Of a stretch of DNA of 64,000 bases, positions 1 to 10,557 are shown one piece after another. The notes beneath the pieces were generated by a model. That model was not told the DNA's origin and ran no database searches. It saw only the letters and a list, made by a program, of their open reading frames with translations. The stretch is from an uncultured virus (IMG/VR IMGVR_UViG_3300015607_005478) (taxonomy: Duplodnaviria > Heunggongvirae > Uroviricota > Caudoviricetes). The stretch is from the IMG/VR virus record IMGVR_UViG_3300015607_005478. One strand, given 5' to 3'. Within the stretch, counting starts at the first letter, position 1; every line of letters begins with the position of its first letter. A program made the translations under genes and the position numbers.

Positions 1-177
1 TCTCCCGTTCCAATCATTCTCTTCTGTCCATCGTGCAACGCGCGCCACATCGACGAAGGCACGTTTGCAACCAAACCTCACCACACCCATTCTTGCCAGT
101 ATTGTGGCTTCACCTGGCGCCCGGCTGTGGCGCCAACAGTAGGAGTGCGGTTCCTGCCTGGTTTCAAAGATGCCTAG
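1..177 (+). CDS. 5'-truncated Cys/His-rich phage hypothetical protein
   Basis: Frame 1 open from the window edge to TAG at 175-177: SPVPIILFCPSCNARHIDEGTFATKPHHTHSCQYCGFTWRPAVAPTVGVRFLPGFKDA; overlaps the next start. Confidence 0.6.
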   Translation, partial: SPVPIILFCPSCNARHIDEGTFATKPHHTHSCQYCGFTWRPAVAPTVGVRFLPGFKDA

Positions 178-619
178 AAAGATGCGTTCGGTTTGCGCGG
201 GTGGTTGTGGGCGACCGCGCATCGCCGGGCCTGATTTCTACTTGAGCGGCGGACTCCCCAGGCAGAAATGCAAAAAGTGTCTCGCCAAGGATGCGCGCAA
301 TTGGCGTAAGGCGAATCCCGCAAAGCACCGAGCGTCTCGTTGGAAAGCAAATCATCAATCACATCTCAAGAGGCGGTTCGGACTCACGCCGGCCGAATAC
401 GATGCACTCGTTGCGCAATCGGACGGCCTTTGCGGTATCTGCCGTAAACCGGAAACGCGCGCCCGGCGCATCGCTCTGGATCACGACCACGCAACGGGCG
501 AGATACGCGGCTTCCTTTGTAGCGGCTGCAACCTCCTTCTCGGTAACGCCAAGGACAGCATCGATTTGTTGGAGCAGGCGATTCAATATCTCAAGAAGAG
601 CAAAGAGAAATTCCAATGA
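170..619 (+). CDS. Endonuclease VII-domain (His-Me finger) protein, possible free-standing homing endonuclease
   Basis: CGICRKPE...LDHDHATGEIRGFLCSGCNLLLG...AIQYL matches the recombination endonuclease VII signature; N-terminal CxxC pairs. Confidence 0.9.
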   Translation: MPRKMRSVCAGGCGRPRIAGPDFYLSGGLPRQKCKKCLAKDARNWRKANPAKHRASRWKANHQSHLKRRFGLTPAEYDALVAQSDGLCGICRKPETRARRIALDHDHATGEIRGFLCSGCNLLLGNAKDSIDLLEQAIQYLKKSKEKFQ

Positions 620-1140
620 CCAAATACATCGATGCGAGGAAGTGGGTTGTACTGCTCAAGCCGCTCAATGGAACGCCGCCCGGCATCTACAAGCGCTATG
701 TGACCATCGATGGCGAACTCGCCTTCGTTCACCCGAAGGGTGACGGCAACCGCGCAGACATCATCTCATCGCAGTGTGTTTTCGACGATGAGCGCGGAGC
801 CGCCGAGTACTTCGCTGGCTTTGGCGTGAAGCGCTGGGTGGTGGATCCAGGTTCCTGCCATCCCCCTCGCCCCTGCGAGATCTTTCAGGCGTTCGTTCGC
901 TACGGCACCGGCGAGCGCCACGGACGTCGATATCCGCACAAGGCCATCCTGCGCTGTGATGGCGGACCTCCTATCGACAACCCTCTCTCCAACTGCTTCG
1001 AGGTCTACGACACAAAGAAGGAGGCGCTCGCCTTCTTTCGCGCACGACGGAAGGAGCAGAAGGAGACCGTGCTCAAGAATCTCCACGAAGCGAAAACGAT
1101 GCTCGCTGCTCTGGTGAAGGCCGCGAGGGAATCGCGATGA
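616..1140 (+). CDS. Phage hypothetical protein
   Basis: 174-aa ORF with ATGA coupling on both sides. Confidence 0.6.
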   Translation: MTKYIDARKWVVLLKPLNGTPPGIYKRYVTIDGELAFVHPKGDGNRADIISSQCVFDDERGAAEYFAGFGVKRWVVDPGSCHPPRPCEIFQAFVRYGTGERHGRRYPHKAILRCDGGPPIDNPLSNCFEVYDTKKEALAFFRARRKEQKETVLKNLHEAKTMLAALVKAARESR

Positions 1141-2146
1141 CGCAATCGGCCAAGACCAAGAAGGCGAAGAGTCTGCGGAAGCTCGCCGCAAAAGAGTTCG
1201 ATGGCAAGGAACCCTCGCTGCAGCTGTGTCACAACATTCTGGAGGACGCCGTGAAGCCGGAGGGCATGGGCTTCTCCGAGTTCCTGTCGCGGCTCGTCAC
1301 CCAGCACCGAGAGCGCCTGCGCAGGAGCATTCGATGAGAAACCTCCATCTAGAAATTCATGGTGCGGAGGTCACGTGCTTTCGAAACATGTCGATGCTCG
1401 AGTGGATCCAGCGCGCCGCTCGGCGTGTAGCGGCCGTCGTCGAGCTCCATCGACTCAACGTGCCGGATTGGGCGTTGAAGCCCCTTGCCGCCGTCGCCGT
1501 GCCGATAGCGGTTCACGAGGCTGTCGAGCAGCAATTCATCACCGAGGATGAGGCCGCCTGGCTCTTGGACCTTGGAGAGCAGAAGCCGAAGTGGTACGCC
1601 CGCCTCTTCCGGAGGAAACGATGAACGTCAGGAGCTGCTCGAGTCTGTAGCGGACGACATTGAGCGCTGTCATACGTGCGGCACGGAGGAGACAAGGGGC
1701 ACCGGCAACGCCTGCGTTAGTTGCGTGGGCAAGCAGGTGCAGACCGACTACCCGATCATGATGGTCTTCATTCGTCGGTTAGCCGAGCGGCTACCCAATC
1801 CCGCAGATCGTTGCGAGCTTCACGGTGCGCCGAAGGTCAACGACTCGCACCACGAGTGCGGTTGCGAGGTCGGCAAGCCGGCGTGCCTGTCCGTGCGTCA
1901 GGAGCTCGAGGCTCTTCGAGAGAATGCGGTGAAGATGGAACAAGAGGTGGCTCGTCTGCGTGGCTATCGAGACAGCGCGGAAGCATCGGTCTCGCATCCC
2001 GATACCACGCGTATTCTCAAGGTGCTCGTTCAGCGCGTGGGAGGCGGCGCGATGATGACGGAGCACGATCGGAAGCGCGCGGATAGCTTTCAGCTTCGGT
2101 GGACGGACAACGGGCACACACTCTCCGTCCTCGCCGTTCCCGACAC

Positions 2147-2377
2147 GTGAATCACATCACGAGTGAAGCGATAGGGTTTGCCGGCTTCGTCACCAACGTG
2201 GCCGGCAACCTTCTTCTTACCCGCAAGAACAAGCACGGATGGTGGGTGCGCATCGTCAGCAATGCGCTCTGGTTGATGTACGGCTCGGCGGCGAGCCTGC
2301 CCGTGATGGCGAATGCGATCGTCTTCACTGGGATCAACATCTGGGGTTGGTGGGCATGGCGAAAGGAAAGAACATGA
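2147..2377 (+). CDS. Small PnuC-like (nicotinamide riboside transporter-like) membrane protein
   Basis: GTG at 2147 overlaps the upstream stop; three hydrophobic segments with LLTRKNKHGWWVRIVSNALWLMYG and INIWGWWAW, typical of phage half-PnuC proteins. Confidence 0.55.
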   Translation: MNHITSEAIGFAGFVTNVAGNLLLTRKNKHGWWVRIVSNALWLMYGSAASLPVMANAIVFTGINIWGWWAWRKERT

Positions 2378-2780
2378 CGCAGGCAGAACTCGAATGCGAG
2401 AACTGCGGGATGGTCGGGCAACCGTTGGTGCGCGATCATTGTGCGGGCTGCATCTGCCAGAAGTGTGAACGCACGGCGGCTGAATGCGGCGGAAGCATGA
2501 ACGACATGGGATGGTGCGACGATTGCGAATCGTTGTTGGAGCTCGAGGTAAATATGAAGCAGAAGAGCCCGAAGCCGCGCCGTCGTTGGGTCGGCGGTGT
2601 CTCAATGGGGAAGCTTCGCCTCGCGCACACCCGTGCGTTGTATTATTTCCTCGACGATCGTGGTGGTGGCCGATGGCCAGCAACGGCGCTCGAGGTCGCT
2701 CTTTGGCGCAAGGCTATCGGACCCATCCCTTACGGATCGGACAAGCCTGTTCTCGCCCGCACGAAAAGAAAGGCACGTAA

Positions 2781-3428
2781 ATGACTCGCAACGTCGCCAA
2801 TGAAGATCGACTCGCGTGGTCGATCGCCCAGAACTTCGTACTTACGCACGTGCCGACGCTCAATGAGGCGCATACGAGCACCATCAAGTTCCGTGCACGA
2901 CTCGCTGAGCTGATCGCGGACCTACGCGCAGGGAGGTTTCATCCAGTCTCTCCGCAGATGTTCTTCCCCGCCGTGGCGAAGAAATTGGTGCTCCATGTCC
3001 TCGCCCACATCGACGAAGCGCAGGAATGCCCGCTTTGCGATCTGGGCCACATTCCGGGTGAAGATGCCGAGGAGAAGCACGGCTGTCCCCTCGTAGGGTT
3101 CGAACACACCACTGAGGCGAATCTTTTGCAGGAATGGGCAGAGCGGGCAGAAGTAACGCCAGCTTCGCTCTCCCTTGCGGAGCGCGCCCTCGACCTTCGT
3201 ACGCAGCTCGAGGCGTTCGAGCTCGAATGCGAGAAAGCCGGCTATCGCGATATCGGAAAGAACTTCTACACTGCGCGTCTTCGTGTAAGTGAGGGTTACC
3301 GGGCGTTGACGGCCGCCATCAGCCCGGCGGAACAACGCTCCGAGATTTATTGCGGTCATGCCAACGAAGTTCCACACGTATGCCCTTGCCCCGACGGCTG
3401 CGCATGCAAAAAGACTATGTGCAGATAG
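2781..3428 (+). CDS. Phage hypothetical protein with a C-terminal Cys-rich module
   Basis: 215-aa ORF; after AEQRSE it ends in YCGHANEVPHVCPCPDGCACKKTMCR. Confidence 0.6.
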   Translation: MTRNVANEDRLAWSIAQNFVLTHVPTLNEAHTSTIKFRARLAELIADLRAGRFHPVSPQMFFPAVAKKLVLHVLAHIDEAQECPLCDLGHIPGEDAEEKHGCPLVGFEHTTEANLLQEWAERAEVTPASLSLAERALDLRTQLEAFELECEKAGYRDIGKNFYTARLRVSEGYRALTAAISPAEQRSEIYCGHANEVPHVCPCPDGCACKKTMCR

Positions 3429-3436
3429 GAGGATCG

Positions 3437-3697
3437 ATGGAGACGCCCAAGGTTGAAGAGACGACCGAGAACAAGCCCGCAGAAGACTCCCAGATTCAGA
3501 TCCGTCGCCCCAAGGGCTTCGCCGCGATGGACCGCGCGAAGGTGAGCGAGATCTCGAGCAAGGGCGGGAAGGCGGCGCACGCCGCCGGTACCGCGCACCG
3601 ATTCACGAGCGAAGAAGCGCGTGAAGCCGGGAAAAAGGGAGGTGTGGCACCACACATCCGTCGCGGCCGCGGGCCGAGGAAGAAGCTCCCCGAATGA
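3437..3697 (+). CDS. KGG-repeat general stress protein
   Basis: AGGAGG RBS before ATG 3437; RPKGFAAMDRAKVSEISSKGGKAAH...HRFTSEEAREAGKKGG are two KGG (YciG/GsiB-like) motifs. Confidence 0.85.
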   Translation: METPKVEETTENKPAEDSQIQIRRPKGFAAMDRAKVSEISSKGGKAAHAAGTAHRFTSEEAREAGKKGGVAPHIRRGRGPRKKLPE

Positions 3698-3906
3698 AGA
3701 TCCCTGTTTTGATCATGTACAGCGGGCCCGGTTCGAGCCACGCTCCTTTCGGTGGAACGAGCGGCAAGCAGTACCGGGCGACGTGCCCGTTCTTTCCGCA
3801 GCTCGTTGTCGACGCCGAGACCGAGATGCAGGCCATGGCAGGTCTTCGCCAGCGCATCAAGGACAGCCTGGGTAAGGACACTACATTCGCCGAAGTCGAG
3901 ATCTGA
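3694..3906 (+). CDS. HicB-like small protein
   Basis: YRATCPFFPQLVVDAETEMQAMAGLRQRI resembles the HicB N-terminal pattern YxAxxPxxPxxxxxGxTxEEAxxxL. Confidence 0.45.
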   Translation: MKIPVLIMYSGPGSSHAPFGGTSGKQYRATCPFFPQLVVDAETEMQAMAGLRQRIKDSLGKDTTFAEVEI

Positions 3907-4850
3907 TGTCGAATCGCTGCGACGAGTGCAAGCAGAAGATCGACATGCGAAAAGGGGCAACGTACTCCAAGGGTCGTCACCTCTGTGTTCCGTGCGACGA
4001 CCGCTTGCGCGCCGAGTACATGGCGGCTCCCGCCGAGCCCGTCATCAAGTGGGTCGGCGGCAAGCGGCAGTTGATGGACGAGATTCGTAAGTACGTGCCG
4101 GCCTCGTTCGGCACGTACTTCGAGCCCTTCGTGGGCGGAGCTGCGGTCTTCTTTGCGCTCCGACCTCAGCGAGCCGTTCTCTCGGACCTCAACGACAACC
4201 TCATCACGATGTATCGCGTCGTTCGCGATGATATGAAGAACTTGGGCTGGCAGCTCACGAACGGCGACTACACGAGCGACGAGAAAAACTACTACAGGAT
4301 CCGTGCACGCAACATGAAGGGCCCAGATGTGCAGCGCGCAGCGGACTTCCTGTATCTGAACAAGTTCGGCTTCAACGGGATGTATCGGGAGAACAGGAAT
4401 GGGGAGTTCAACGTCCCCTATGGCAAGAACCCGGACGCCGAGATCGACTTGGACAATCTGCGCCGGAGCTCGGAGGCGTTGCAGGGCGTGACGCTCATCA
4501 CCGAGCCCTTTCAGGCAGTGCTCGAAAATGCGAGGGAGGGCGACTTTGTCTACTTCGATCCGCCGTACGTGCCTGTCAGCGCGACGAGTGATTTTACCGG
4601 GTACCAGGGCGAAGGGTTTGACGCGAGCGCGCAGATTCGTCTGCGCGATATCGCTTCCGTCCTTCATCAGCGGCGCGTCCACGTGCTGCTCTCCAACAGC
4701 GCTGCCCCGGCAGTGTTCGACCTCTATCGAGACTTCCGCATCGCCATCGTGAAGGCACGGCGTTCGGTGAACTCGGACGCAACCAAGCGTGGGCCCGTGG
4801 ACGAGGTTCTCATTCGGCCACCGTCGCGATGGGAGTACGCGTTCGCATGA
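3906..4850 (+). CDS. dam: Dam-family (D12 class) DNA adenine methyltransferase with an N-terminal CxxC extension
   Basis: IKWVGGKRQL, YFEPFVGGAAVFF, FNGMYRENRNGEFNVPYG, FVYFDPPY, LLSNS. Confidence 0.92.
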   Translation: MSNRCDECKQKIDMRKGATYSKGRHLCVPCDDRLRAEYMAAPAEPVIKWVGGKRQLMDEIRKYVPASFGTYFEPFVGGAAVFFALRPQRAVLSDLNDNLITMYRVVRDDMKNLGWQLTNGDYTSDEKNYYRIRARNMKGPDVQRAADFLYLNKFGFNGMYRENRNGEFNVPYGKNPDAEIDLDNLRRSSEALQGVTLITEPFQAVLENAREGDFVYFDPPYVPVSATSDFTGYQGEGFDASAQIRLRDIASVLHQRRVHVLLSNSAAPAVFDLYRDFRIAIVKARRSVNSDATKRGPVDEVLIRPPSRWEYAFA

Positions 4851-5828
4851 TCAATCCAAAGTTCTGGAAGGCTATCGAGGCCGAGAAGAAGGCGTTCACG
4901 CAGGACGCTGATGCACTCGATGTAGCCGCCGATCTTCGTGAGGAGGCCGACGGCACAGAAGAGAGCGAGCGCGCCAAGCAGCTTCGTCAGACGGCGAAGC
5001 TCTGGCGGTTGCTCGGCATATGAATCGCCCTCGCTCTTTTCCGGTCACCGACCCGGAAATGGACGCGCCCGATGGCGCCGTCGTCGATGGGTATGAACGT
5101 GTCGGAGATAGATGGGTTCTACAAATGAAGACGTACTACGTGACGAAGTACTGCCTCAGTCAGGGCGTGTTCAAGGTGAGGGCCGCGGCAAGTAGCGTCG
5201 AAGGGTATATCAATACCGAGGCTGCGCCGGATGCTATGTCGCTTCATCTCAAGATCGGGAGGGACGCCTTCGAGAACGCGGCCGACGCATACAAGCGCGC
5301 AATCCAGATCGCTGAGGCTCGAGACAAGGGCCTCGAACGCATGCGGCGGCGCATCCGAGAGTTGCGCGCAGAATGGAAGAAACAGTGCTGAAAGCTGTTG
5401 CTCGATTCATCCTGCGCCGTGAGCTCAGGAATCTTCATGCAGCATCGGTCTTTCAGCAGGTGCAGATCGCTCAATGGAAGACCGCGGCGAAAGCGTGGGA
5501 GCGGTACGCGAAAGCGTTCGTGCCACCAACAGCGCCGCCTTTTCACGGCTGGTTCATGGAGAACGTTCCCAAGACGCCACCCAAGGAAACACTCTCGTGA
5601 CCAGCGATCCGTGGCAGCACGAAGACGCTGCAGAGAAACGACGGGCGCACCAACGCTCAACCAAAGTCATCGACCTGAAGGTTTTCGACCGGCACATTCT
5701 TCCGGCGCTCCGCGCGCTCGCGAGCAAGCGGCAATACGGCAAGGGTTGCAAGCGCTCAAACTGCGGCGAGGTTTGTTTGTGCCCGCCGTGTCACGCGCGC
5801 GTGGCTCTCGAGAGGATGGGCCTTCTTT

Positions 5829-5866
5829 GAGGACGCGCCGCCCGAGAGGGCGGCTCGACCTCTTTT
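5829..5866 (+). terminator. Intrinsic terminator closing the first non-structural block
   Basis: GAGG..GCCGCCC-GAGA-GGGCGGC..CCTC followed by TTTT. Confidence 0.7.
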
Positions 5867-5886
5867 AGCCTCCCATCGCGTTCGGA

Positions 5887-5892
5887 TATAGT
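5887..5892 (+). promoter_or_regulatory. -10-like hexamer TATAGT 9 nt before ATG 5902
   Basis: Follows a terminator; no SD between the hexamer and the ATG. Confidence 0.5.
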
Positions 5893-5901
5893 CGAAGCGT
5901 C

Positions 5902-7320
5902 ATGCCGTACAACCTCGGTGCCCCGCTTCCGTCAGGAAAAGGTCTGCGCGCGCCCTTGTTGTTTGACTTCGACTTCCGGCTTCTTTCGCTGGGCCCGATC
6001 TCAGCGGCCTCGCTCCTATCGACAACGGCAACCCACGGGACCAACGTTCGTGGGCTCACGTTCACACGGTCGACCGTATCGACGGTGCAGACCTCCGATA
6101 CGACGGTCGACTCGACGCCGGGCGTCAACGACGCGTGCATTGGCTGCCGCGATTCGGTCTCTTCGCATCGCGGGCTCGTCCTCCAGACGCGGAATCAGAA
6201 CGGCTGCCCCGGCCCGTTCCGCAATCTCTCCAGCGGATGGTTCCTCAACCAGAACGCCTTCTACGGCGGTACCTACGTCCCGATCGTGACGACCGGGCAG
6301 ACTGGTCCCGACGGTACGAACAACGCTTCCCAGGTCGACTGCGGGGCGATCTCGTACGTCGACCAGAGCACCGGTCTGGCGCAGCCATACACGTTCTCGT
6401 CGTGGCAGACTGGCCACTCGCAGATGTCGATGAACCAGGCGATCTCCTCGCAGGGCAACTTCGCGGGAGCGGTCGTTGCCGTTCGGAACAACCCCGCGTG
6501 GGGTCGGCTCGCCTGCACCGCGAACGGAGCTACCAGCATCCCCGGCATCGCGATCGTGGACGGCCGGACGGAGACCGTCGCGGCGGGCGGCGAGGTCGCG
6601 CAGGCACGCCTGAACAAGGTCGACTTCGTCCAGCTCGAGTCGGGCGAGTTCACGACGGAGGCCATCATCGCTGGCACGTCCAGCGCCGCTGGCACCGCGC
6701 GAGAAGATGACCGGCTCGACTACGGTGTCGGAAGTGAGCTGATCTCTACGGATGGTCAGCTCCGCTTCCGTTTCACGTTCACGCCCAAATTCGCGACGAC
6801 GATGTCAGGTGTCTGCTACGCCGTCACCGGCTCGAGCGGTCTGGCTAATGCGGTACATTGGTGGCTGCTCTCGTGGGGCGCTCTGAACACGAACTACGTT
6901 CGTATTCAGAGCAGTGACAAGAAGCTCGCGGTCAAGTTCGGGGGATCGGAGTACGTTTCGACAAACCCGATTGCTTGGTCCCAGTTCGATACTGTCGTTA
7001 TCGAGTTGGAGCTCGGGGCCGGCATTGCAAGCGTCGCCCGCTACAATTTGAATGGCGGCGCTTGGGTGAATCTCTCCCTCGCAACGGTTCCTGACACCCC
7101 GGCCCCCGGCAGCAATCCAGTTGGCATCATGCGCAATGTGGCCTTTGCTTCCAACACCGCCGCCGGGTGGGCGGTCGAAGATCGCGGCCAAATCCCTTGC
7201 TGGCTGCACCGCATCACGTTCTATGGAAAGACACCCGTTCCTTCCGAGCTTGTTCTGACGGAAGACGGCGACACGCGCATTACAGAAGCAGGCGACTTCC
7301 GCGTCACCGAGCCGCGCTGA
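5902..7320 (+). CDS. Putative virion (tail/fibre-associated) beta-rich protein
   Basis: G/S/T-rich; LTFTRST and VQLESGEFTT..I motifs seen in phage LamG-like tail proteins; C-terminal LTEDGDTRITEAGDFRVTE. Confidence 0.65.
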   Translation: MPYNLGAPLPSGKGLRAPLLFDFDFRLLSLGPISAASLLSTTATHGTNVRGLTFTRSTVSTVQTSDTTVDSTPGVNDACIGCRDSVSSHRGLVLQTRNQNGCPGPFRNLSSGWFLNQNAFYGGTYVPIVTTGQTGPDGTNNASQVDCGAISYVDQSTGLAQPYTFSSWQTGHSQMSMNQAISSQGNFAGAVVAVRNNPAWGRLACTANGATSIPGIAIVDGRTETVAAGGEVAQARLNKVDFVQLESGEFTTEAIIAGTSSAAGTAREDDRLDYGVGSELISTDGQLRFRFTFTPKFATTMSGVCYAVTGSSGLANAVHWWLLSWGALNTNYVRIQSSDKKLAVKFGGSEYVSTNPIAWSQFDTVVIELELGAGIASVARYNLNGGAWVNLSLATVPDTPAPGSNPVGIMRNVAFASNTAAGWAVEDRGQIPCWLHRITFYGKTPVPSELVLTEDGDTRITEAGDFRVTEPR

Positions 7321-7332
7321 TTGGAGTAAGTC

Positions 7333-8187
7333 ATGTCGAAGAAGATCACCGACCTGCCGGTAGCATCCTCGCTGAATGGATCCGATAAGATCGAGATCGT
7401 CAATGCGGGTGTAAGCAAGAGCGCGACGATCTCGCAGCTCGCCTCGCTTGCCGGCGTTGTTCCTGCTATCGGGGCCTTCTCGACACGACCAGCCTCGCCT
7501 GTGTCGGGCCAGCTTTTTTATCCTACGGACGGCGGCTACGCGCAAATCTTCGACGGTACTAGCTGGTGGAACATTATTGGCGGTGTGCCGGTCAAGCAGC
7601 CGCCCACTGCCGCAACGCTCAGCAGTCAGTGGAACTTCGGCACGTCGAGCCTGACCAACGTAAACGGCCAGCTCATTTTCCAGCCGCAAGTCAACGCAGC
7701 CACGTCGATGCGCGGGGCCTGCAAGGCGATCACGACTCTGTCGGCTGCTTCGGTCACGGTCTCCGCGGCGATCAACTGCGCGGCCCCGTTTGCCGGCATC
7801 GGTCCTGTCTTTCGCGAGTCGGCGACCGGCAAGATCCTCGCTCTGTCGATGATCAGCAAGTCAACCGGTACGACGTTCAGTTTCGGCTACACGTGGGCGA
7901 CTTGGGCATCTCCGACATCGCGTAACGGCTCTCCCGCTCCGATCAGCTTCACATTCCAAGACGGACAGATCGGTTTTATTCCGCCCGTCATGCGCATGCG
8001 CGTTAGCGGTTCGAACATCATCTCCGAGACTTCAGTGGATGGCGGTTTGAACTTCGTGACGCTTGCAACCATCGCGACCACTTCGGCGTTCACAACCGCT
8101 CCCGACCAGTTCGGCATCGGTGCGTACGTTGAGAACAACACGAACCAGGCGATTCACTCGATCTCGGGATTGTCGTTCACCGGTTAG
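7333..8187 (+). CDS. Putative tail fibre / receptor-binding protein
   Basis: N-terminal MSKKITDLPVASSL...SKSATISQL; RPASPVSGQLFYPTD...IFDGTSWW fibre-type repeat; beta-rich C-terminus. Confidence 0.65.
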   Translation: MSKKITDLPVASSLNGSDKIEIVNAGVSKSATISQLASLAGVVPAIGAFSTRPASPVSGQLFYPTDGGYAQIFDGTSWWNIIGGVPVKQPPTAATLSSQWNFGTSSLTNVNGQLIFQPQVNAATSMRGACKAITTLSAASVTVSAAINCAAPFAGIGPVFRESATGKILALSMISKSTGTTFSFGYTWATWASPTSRNGSPAPISFTFQDGQIGFIPPVMRMRVSGSNIISETSVDGGLNFVTLATIATTSAFTTAPDQFGIGAYVENNTNQAIHSISGLSFTG

Positions 8188-8254
8188 CCGTGCCTGCGCA
8201 CCCGATTAGGAGGGCCTCTTCTCTTACCTGAAGCTGGCGGTGTACGCTTCTTGC

Positions 8255-8668
8255 GTGCCCAAAGGTCGGATCACTGGAGCTCCTACTGCCTTCGTGCGTC
8301 GTCGCCCGAAGAAGTTGTTCCATGGTCAGGTTGTGACCCTGGAGCAGTTCGGCGTTCTCTGCCAGAACGGCTGCGGGCTCTATTACATCCCGCCCGATCC
8401 GAAGAACCCCAAGAAGCCCCTCTTCAGCGAGAAGACGGGAGACGACACGCGCTGCCCCACGTGTCAGCACCACCCTCGTCCGGAGAAGATCTCCACGGAG
8501 CCCGAGCTCGTCGAGTTCGTTGTCAAGATCGCCATGGGCAATGTCTCCATGGAGTTCGTTCGCGCCGTCGGCCCCGCCAAGATCACTCGCGTTCCGCTCG
8601 TTCTTCAACCCAATGCCTCGCCCGCGGAATCGCGCGCGCTGGTCACGTCGCCCTCCGAAGGAAGGTAG
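8255..8668 (+). CDS. Hypothetical protein with CxxxC/CxxC
   Basis: GTG 8255 (MPKGRITGAP...) is in frame with the listed ORF and lies 6 nt after TACGCT. Confidence 0.55.
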   Translation: MPKGRITGAPTAFVRRRPKKLFHGQVVTLEQFGVLCQNGCGLYYIPPDPKNPKKPLFSEKTGDDTRCPTCQHHPRPEKISTEPELVEFVVKIAMGNVSMEFVRAVGPAKITRVPLVLQPNASPAESRALVTSPSEGR

Positions 8669-8671
8669 TCC

Positions 8672-9076
8672 ATGGCTCTGAACCCGAAGCTCAGCGCGGC
8701 GTCCCGCAACCTCGCGCTCAACGCGGCCCTCGACGTCCTCAACTCGGGCGATCTCGTCATCTATGACGGCACGCAGGCGACGGATGCGGACACCGCGATC
8801 GGCTCCCAAGTCGTTCTCGCCGTGCTCGTCTTCGGCGCGACAGCGTGGGCGGCGGCTTCCGGCGGCTCGAAGGCCGCAAACTCCATCACCCAGGACTCGA
8901 GCGCGGATGCGACGGGAACGGCAACGTGGTATCGCATGCGCAAGAGTGACCACACCACGGGAGTGTGGGACGGTTCGGTCGGTACTTCGGGCGCCAACCT
9001 CAACTTCAACTCCGTCGCGATCCAGTCCGGTGCTACCGTGCAGGTCACGTCGTTCACCGCATCGATGGCGGTCTGA
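8672..9076 (+). CDS. Small phage virion/tail protein
   Basis: LVIYDGTQATDADTA..VLA...DSSADATGTATWYR...DGSVGTSGANLNFNSVAIQSGATVQVTSFT, a recurrent phage tail-module protein type. Confidence 0.7.
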   Translation: MALNPKLSAASRNLALNAALDVLNSGDLVIYDGTQATDADTAIGSQVVLAVLVFGATAWAAASGGSKAANSITQDSSADATGTATWYRMRKSDHTTGVWDGSVGTSGANLNFNSVAIQSGATVQVTSFTASMAV

Positions 9077-9088
9077 GAGGAGCTCACC

Positions 9089-9568
9089 ATGTCGCGCGCA
9101 TACATGATTCGCTGTCAGGGCCTCGGCGTTCTCCACGACAAGGTCTTCCCGGACCCGCCGACCGATGCCCAGCTCCAGGCCGCGCTTCAGCAGGAGCTCG
9201 ATCGCCACGGCGTGACGTGGGACATGGATGAGGTCGAGGACGCAGACGGCAACAAGGTCCAGAAGATCGTCGGCGCGCTGCCACGTGAGCGCTGGGTTCA
9301 GGTCCAGGCGACCGAGCTCGTTGACGGCGAAGAGGACAGCGAAGAAGAGAAGAAGTACCAGCTTCGCCGCACGACGGGCACGCTCACGAAAGAGCAGCTC
9401 GACAAGAAGTTCGCGGAGACCACCTTCGCTCCCCCGGGCACGATGGCAGGCGCCGTTCCTCAGATGGTGCTTGGCGGAACGGGGCGAGTCATCAATCCGG
9501 GCGAGAAGATGACGATCGGCGCCGGTGACGTTGCGACCGTTGAGTCGGTGCTCGGCTCCCTGAAGTAA
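9089..9568 (+). CDS. Hypothetical protein in the virion block
   Basis: GAGGAG RBS; 159 aa. Confidence 0.6.
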   Translation: MSRAYMIRCQGLGVLHDKVFPDPPTDAQLQAALQQELDRHGVTWDMDEVEDADGNKVQKIVGALPRERWVQVQATELVDGEEDSEEEKKYQLRRTTGTLTKEQLDKKFAETTFAPPGTMAGAVPQMVLGGTGRVINPGEKMTIGAGDVATVESVLGSLK

Positions 9569-9580
9569 GAGAGAAGCCGC

Positions 9581-10555
9581 GTGCTTCTCATCTCCGGCGC
9601 TACCGCTGCGTTGAAGCTCGTCACGGATGCTGCCGTGACGGTGGATACGTACGTCTCGTTCTCGAAGACGGACACGACCGGCACCGCGTCGACGGACGTA
9701 GGCTATCAAGCCTCCGCGATCAATTCGGCGACGACGACGCCGATCTGCGCGGCAGCAGGGGCGAACAAAACGATCAACATCTCGTCGGTTTCGATTCGAA
9801 ACAAGTCGGCATCTTCGAGCGTCACGGTCACGGTCAACGTCGACGATGGAACGGTGTTCGAGCTTTTCTCGACGCATCTCGGTCCCGGAGCGTCGCTTCA
9901 ATACACGTCGATCACAGGCTGGTTCGTCACCACTCCCTCCGCAGTGAATCGTCCGTGGTTCGGGAAGCTCGCGGGTTGTTACGGAAGCGGCGATCCGGGC
10001 GAGATGATGGAGATGGTTCAGCGCGCGGGCGTCGTAGCTCCTACGCCGACGAACATCTCTACATCCGTCGCGCGATGTAGCGCGTTCATGCTTCCGTTCA
10101 ACCTAACGGTCAATCGAATCAGGGCTTACGGCATCGCGTCGACGACGACGACGTACCGAGTCGCGCTCTATCGCATGAGCGACCTCGCGCGTCTCATGTC
10201 GGAGACGGCGTTCTCCACGTCAGCGAATACGTGGGTCTCAATCGGCTCCGCTCTGAACGTTCAGTTGTCGAAAGACGTGATGTACTTCATCGCGTGCTCC
10301 GTCAATGCGACGGGAACCACGGCGGGAGCCATCGCGTTCGGCGGCACGACGACGTCCACGACGGGACAAGTCAATACGGCGCCGGGCTCGCTGCCGGGCA
10401 ACATGCAGCTCGGAAGTAACAACTACCTTTCTCACTTCCAATTCCAGTTCGCGGTGACGACGGGAGCGCTCCCCAACCCGGCGGCGACGCTCGCAGCTCC
10501 CGCGGCGTGGACGGGCGGCATGCCCGCATTCTGGCTCGATAACCAGGACGTGTAG
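9581..10555 (+). CDS. Putative virion protein
   Basis: 324-aa T/S/A/G-rich beta-type ORF within the structural block. Confidence 0.6.
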   Translation: MLLISGATAALKLVTDAAVTVDTYVSFSKTDTTGTASTDVGYQASAINSATTTPICAAAGANKTINISSVSIRNKSASSSVTVTVNVDDGTVFELFSTHLGPGASLQYTSITGWFVTTPSAVNRPWFGKLAGCYGSGDPGEMMEMVQRAGVVAPTPTNISTSVARCSAFMLPFNLTVNRIRAYGIASTTTTYRVALYRMSDLARLMSETAFSTSANTWVSIGSALNVQLSKDVMYFIACSVNATGTTAGAIAFGGTTTSTTGQVNTAPGSLPGNMQLGSNNYLSHFQFQFAVTTGALPNPAATLAAPAAWTGGMPAFWLDNQDV

Positions 10556-10557
10556 TC

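Noticed and set aside
8177..9901. Long minus-strand ORFs (also 40048-41598, 53472-54935, 58011-59498, 36148-37509, 3603-4682)
   Set aside because: Antisense shadows of well-supported + strand genes, expected at high GC3.
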